NCBI GenBank assembly: GCA_964450845.1
Contig: CAYVGZ010000005.1
Span: forward strand, 1-46,611
Length of the DNA: 46,611 nt
Source of the DNA: an uncultured Candidatus Bathyarchaeia archaeon
GTDB taxonomy: Archaea; Thermoproteota; Bathyarchaeia; Bathyarchaeales; Bathycorpusculaceae
Reading direction: 5' to 3'
In this document: one piece after another, positions 46,222 through 46,611 of the stretch
Layout: each line of letters opens with the position of its first letter
Position numbering within the stretch: the stretch's first letter is position 1
Notes under the pieces: model-generated
The model's input: only the letters and a program-made list of their open reading frames with translations
The model's database searches: none
What the model was told of the DNA's origin: nothing
Translations under genes and position numbers: made by a program

Positions 46222-46545
46222 ATAGAGTGAAGCTCAAATCTAATGTAAAGTTGGAGCATGTCAAAATAGTGTCTTTGCATCTAAGGCAGAACAACTATCA
46301 ATAGCAACTACGAACGTTGCATGTTAACTTAAATAGGAACAGAAATCGCCGATAATTGAAATATGACAAATAAGTATGCAGTACCCGATTGTGGAAATGT
46401 TTAATAGTGTCTTTTGACATTTTGGTGTGAAGTGGTTGCTATGGGCGATTGCGTTCCACATTGCTAAATTCTCGCAACACTTAGCCCACATTAGGATTAA
46501 TTTTGCAGTAGAATTATATTCAGCAAATATCAAACAAATGGAGAG

Positions 46546-46611
46546 ATGAAAATGTCAGACATGGGAATCACCGTTAAGAAAACTGAAGACTTCTCAGAAT
46601 GGTACACTCAA
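46546..46611 (+). CDS. proS: Prolyl-tRNA synthetase (archaeal/eukaryotic type), first codons only
   Basis: GGAGA RBS followed by MKMSDMGITVKKTEDFSEWYTQ; KK.EDFSEWY is the usual N terminus of archaeal ProRS. Confidence 0.8.
   Translation, partial: MKMSDMGITVKKTEDFSEWYTQ

Noticed and set aside
46324-46533. 69-aa minus-strand ORF
   Set aside because: Cys/Ile-rich low-plausibility sequence across the proS promoter region with no motif; probably spurious.
1-46611. CRISPR array, rRNA, transposase or integrase genes
   Set aside because: No regularly spaced repeats, rRNA-like tracts, or DDE/tyrosine recombinase motifs were seen.

Overview
Gene-dense archaeal chromosomal window, most likely Bathyarchaeia/TACK (inference from TIP49, deoxyhypusine synthase, class V FBPase, Hel308, EndoQ, archaeal-type ProRS, an intron-containing tRNA and frequent TTG/GTG starts). 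It is mostly housekeeping (argS, deoC, purB, fbp, hel308, kbl/tdh, start of proS), with a surface-glycan island at about 28.9-36.4 kb and a ~1 kb decayed insertion at the 3' end of tRNA-Arg(CCG). The most notable observations are: (1) an IscS-IscU-SufS-small protein operon whose IscS has lost most PLP/substrate-binding residues but keeps the Cys loop; (2) a 103-aa protein made of four exact 18-aa repeats, each with one Cys, directly behind a WOR5-like tungsten oxidoreductase pair; (3) a ribophorin I (RPN1/Ost1)-like membrane protein; (4) a GCS2 + split RLAN/ATP-grasp peptide-ligase module; (5) a tRNA-Arg with two BHB introns; (6) a dispersed intergenic palindrome TTATAG-CCCCT-CTATAA. No CRISPR array, rRNA or transposase was recognised. 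All family assignments come from motif recognition by eye, without database searches.
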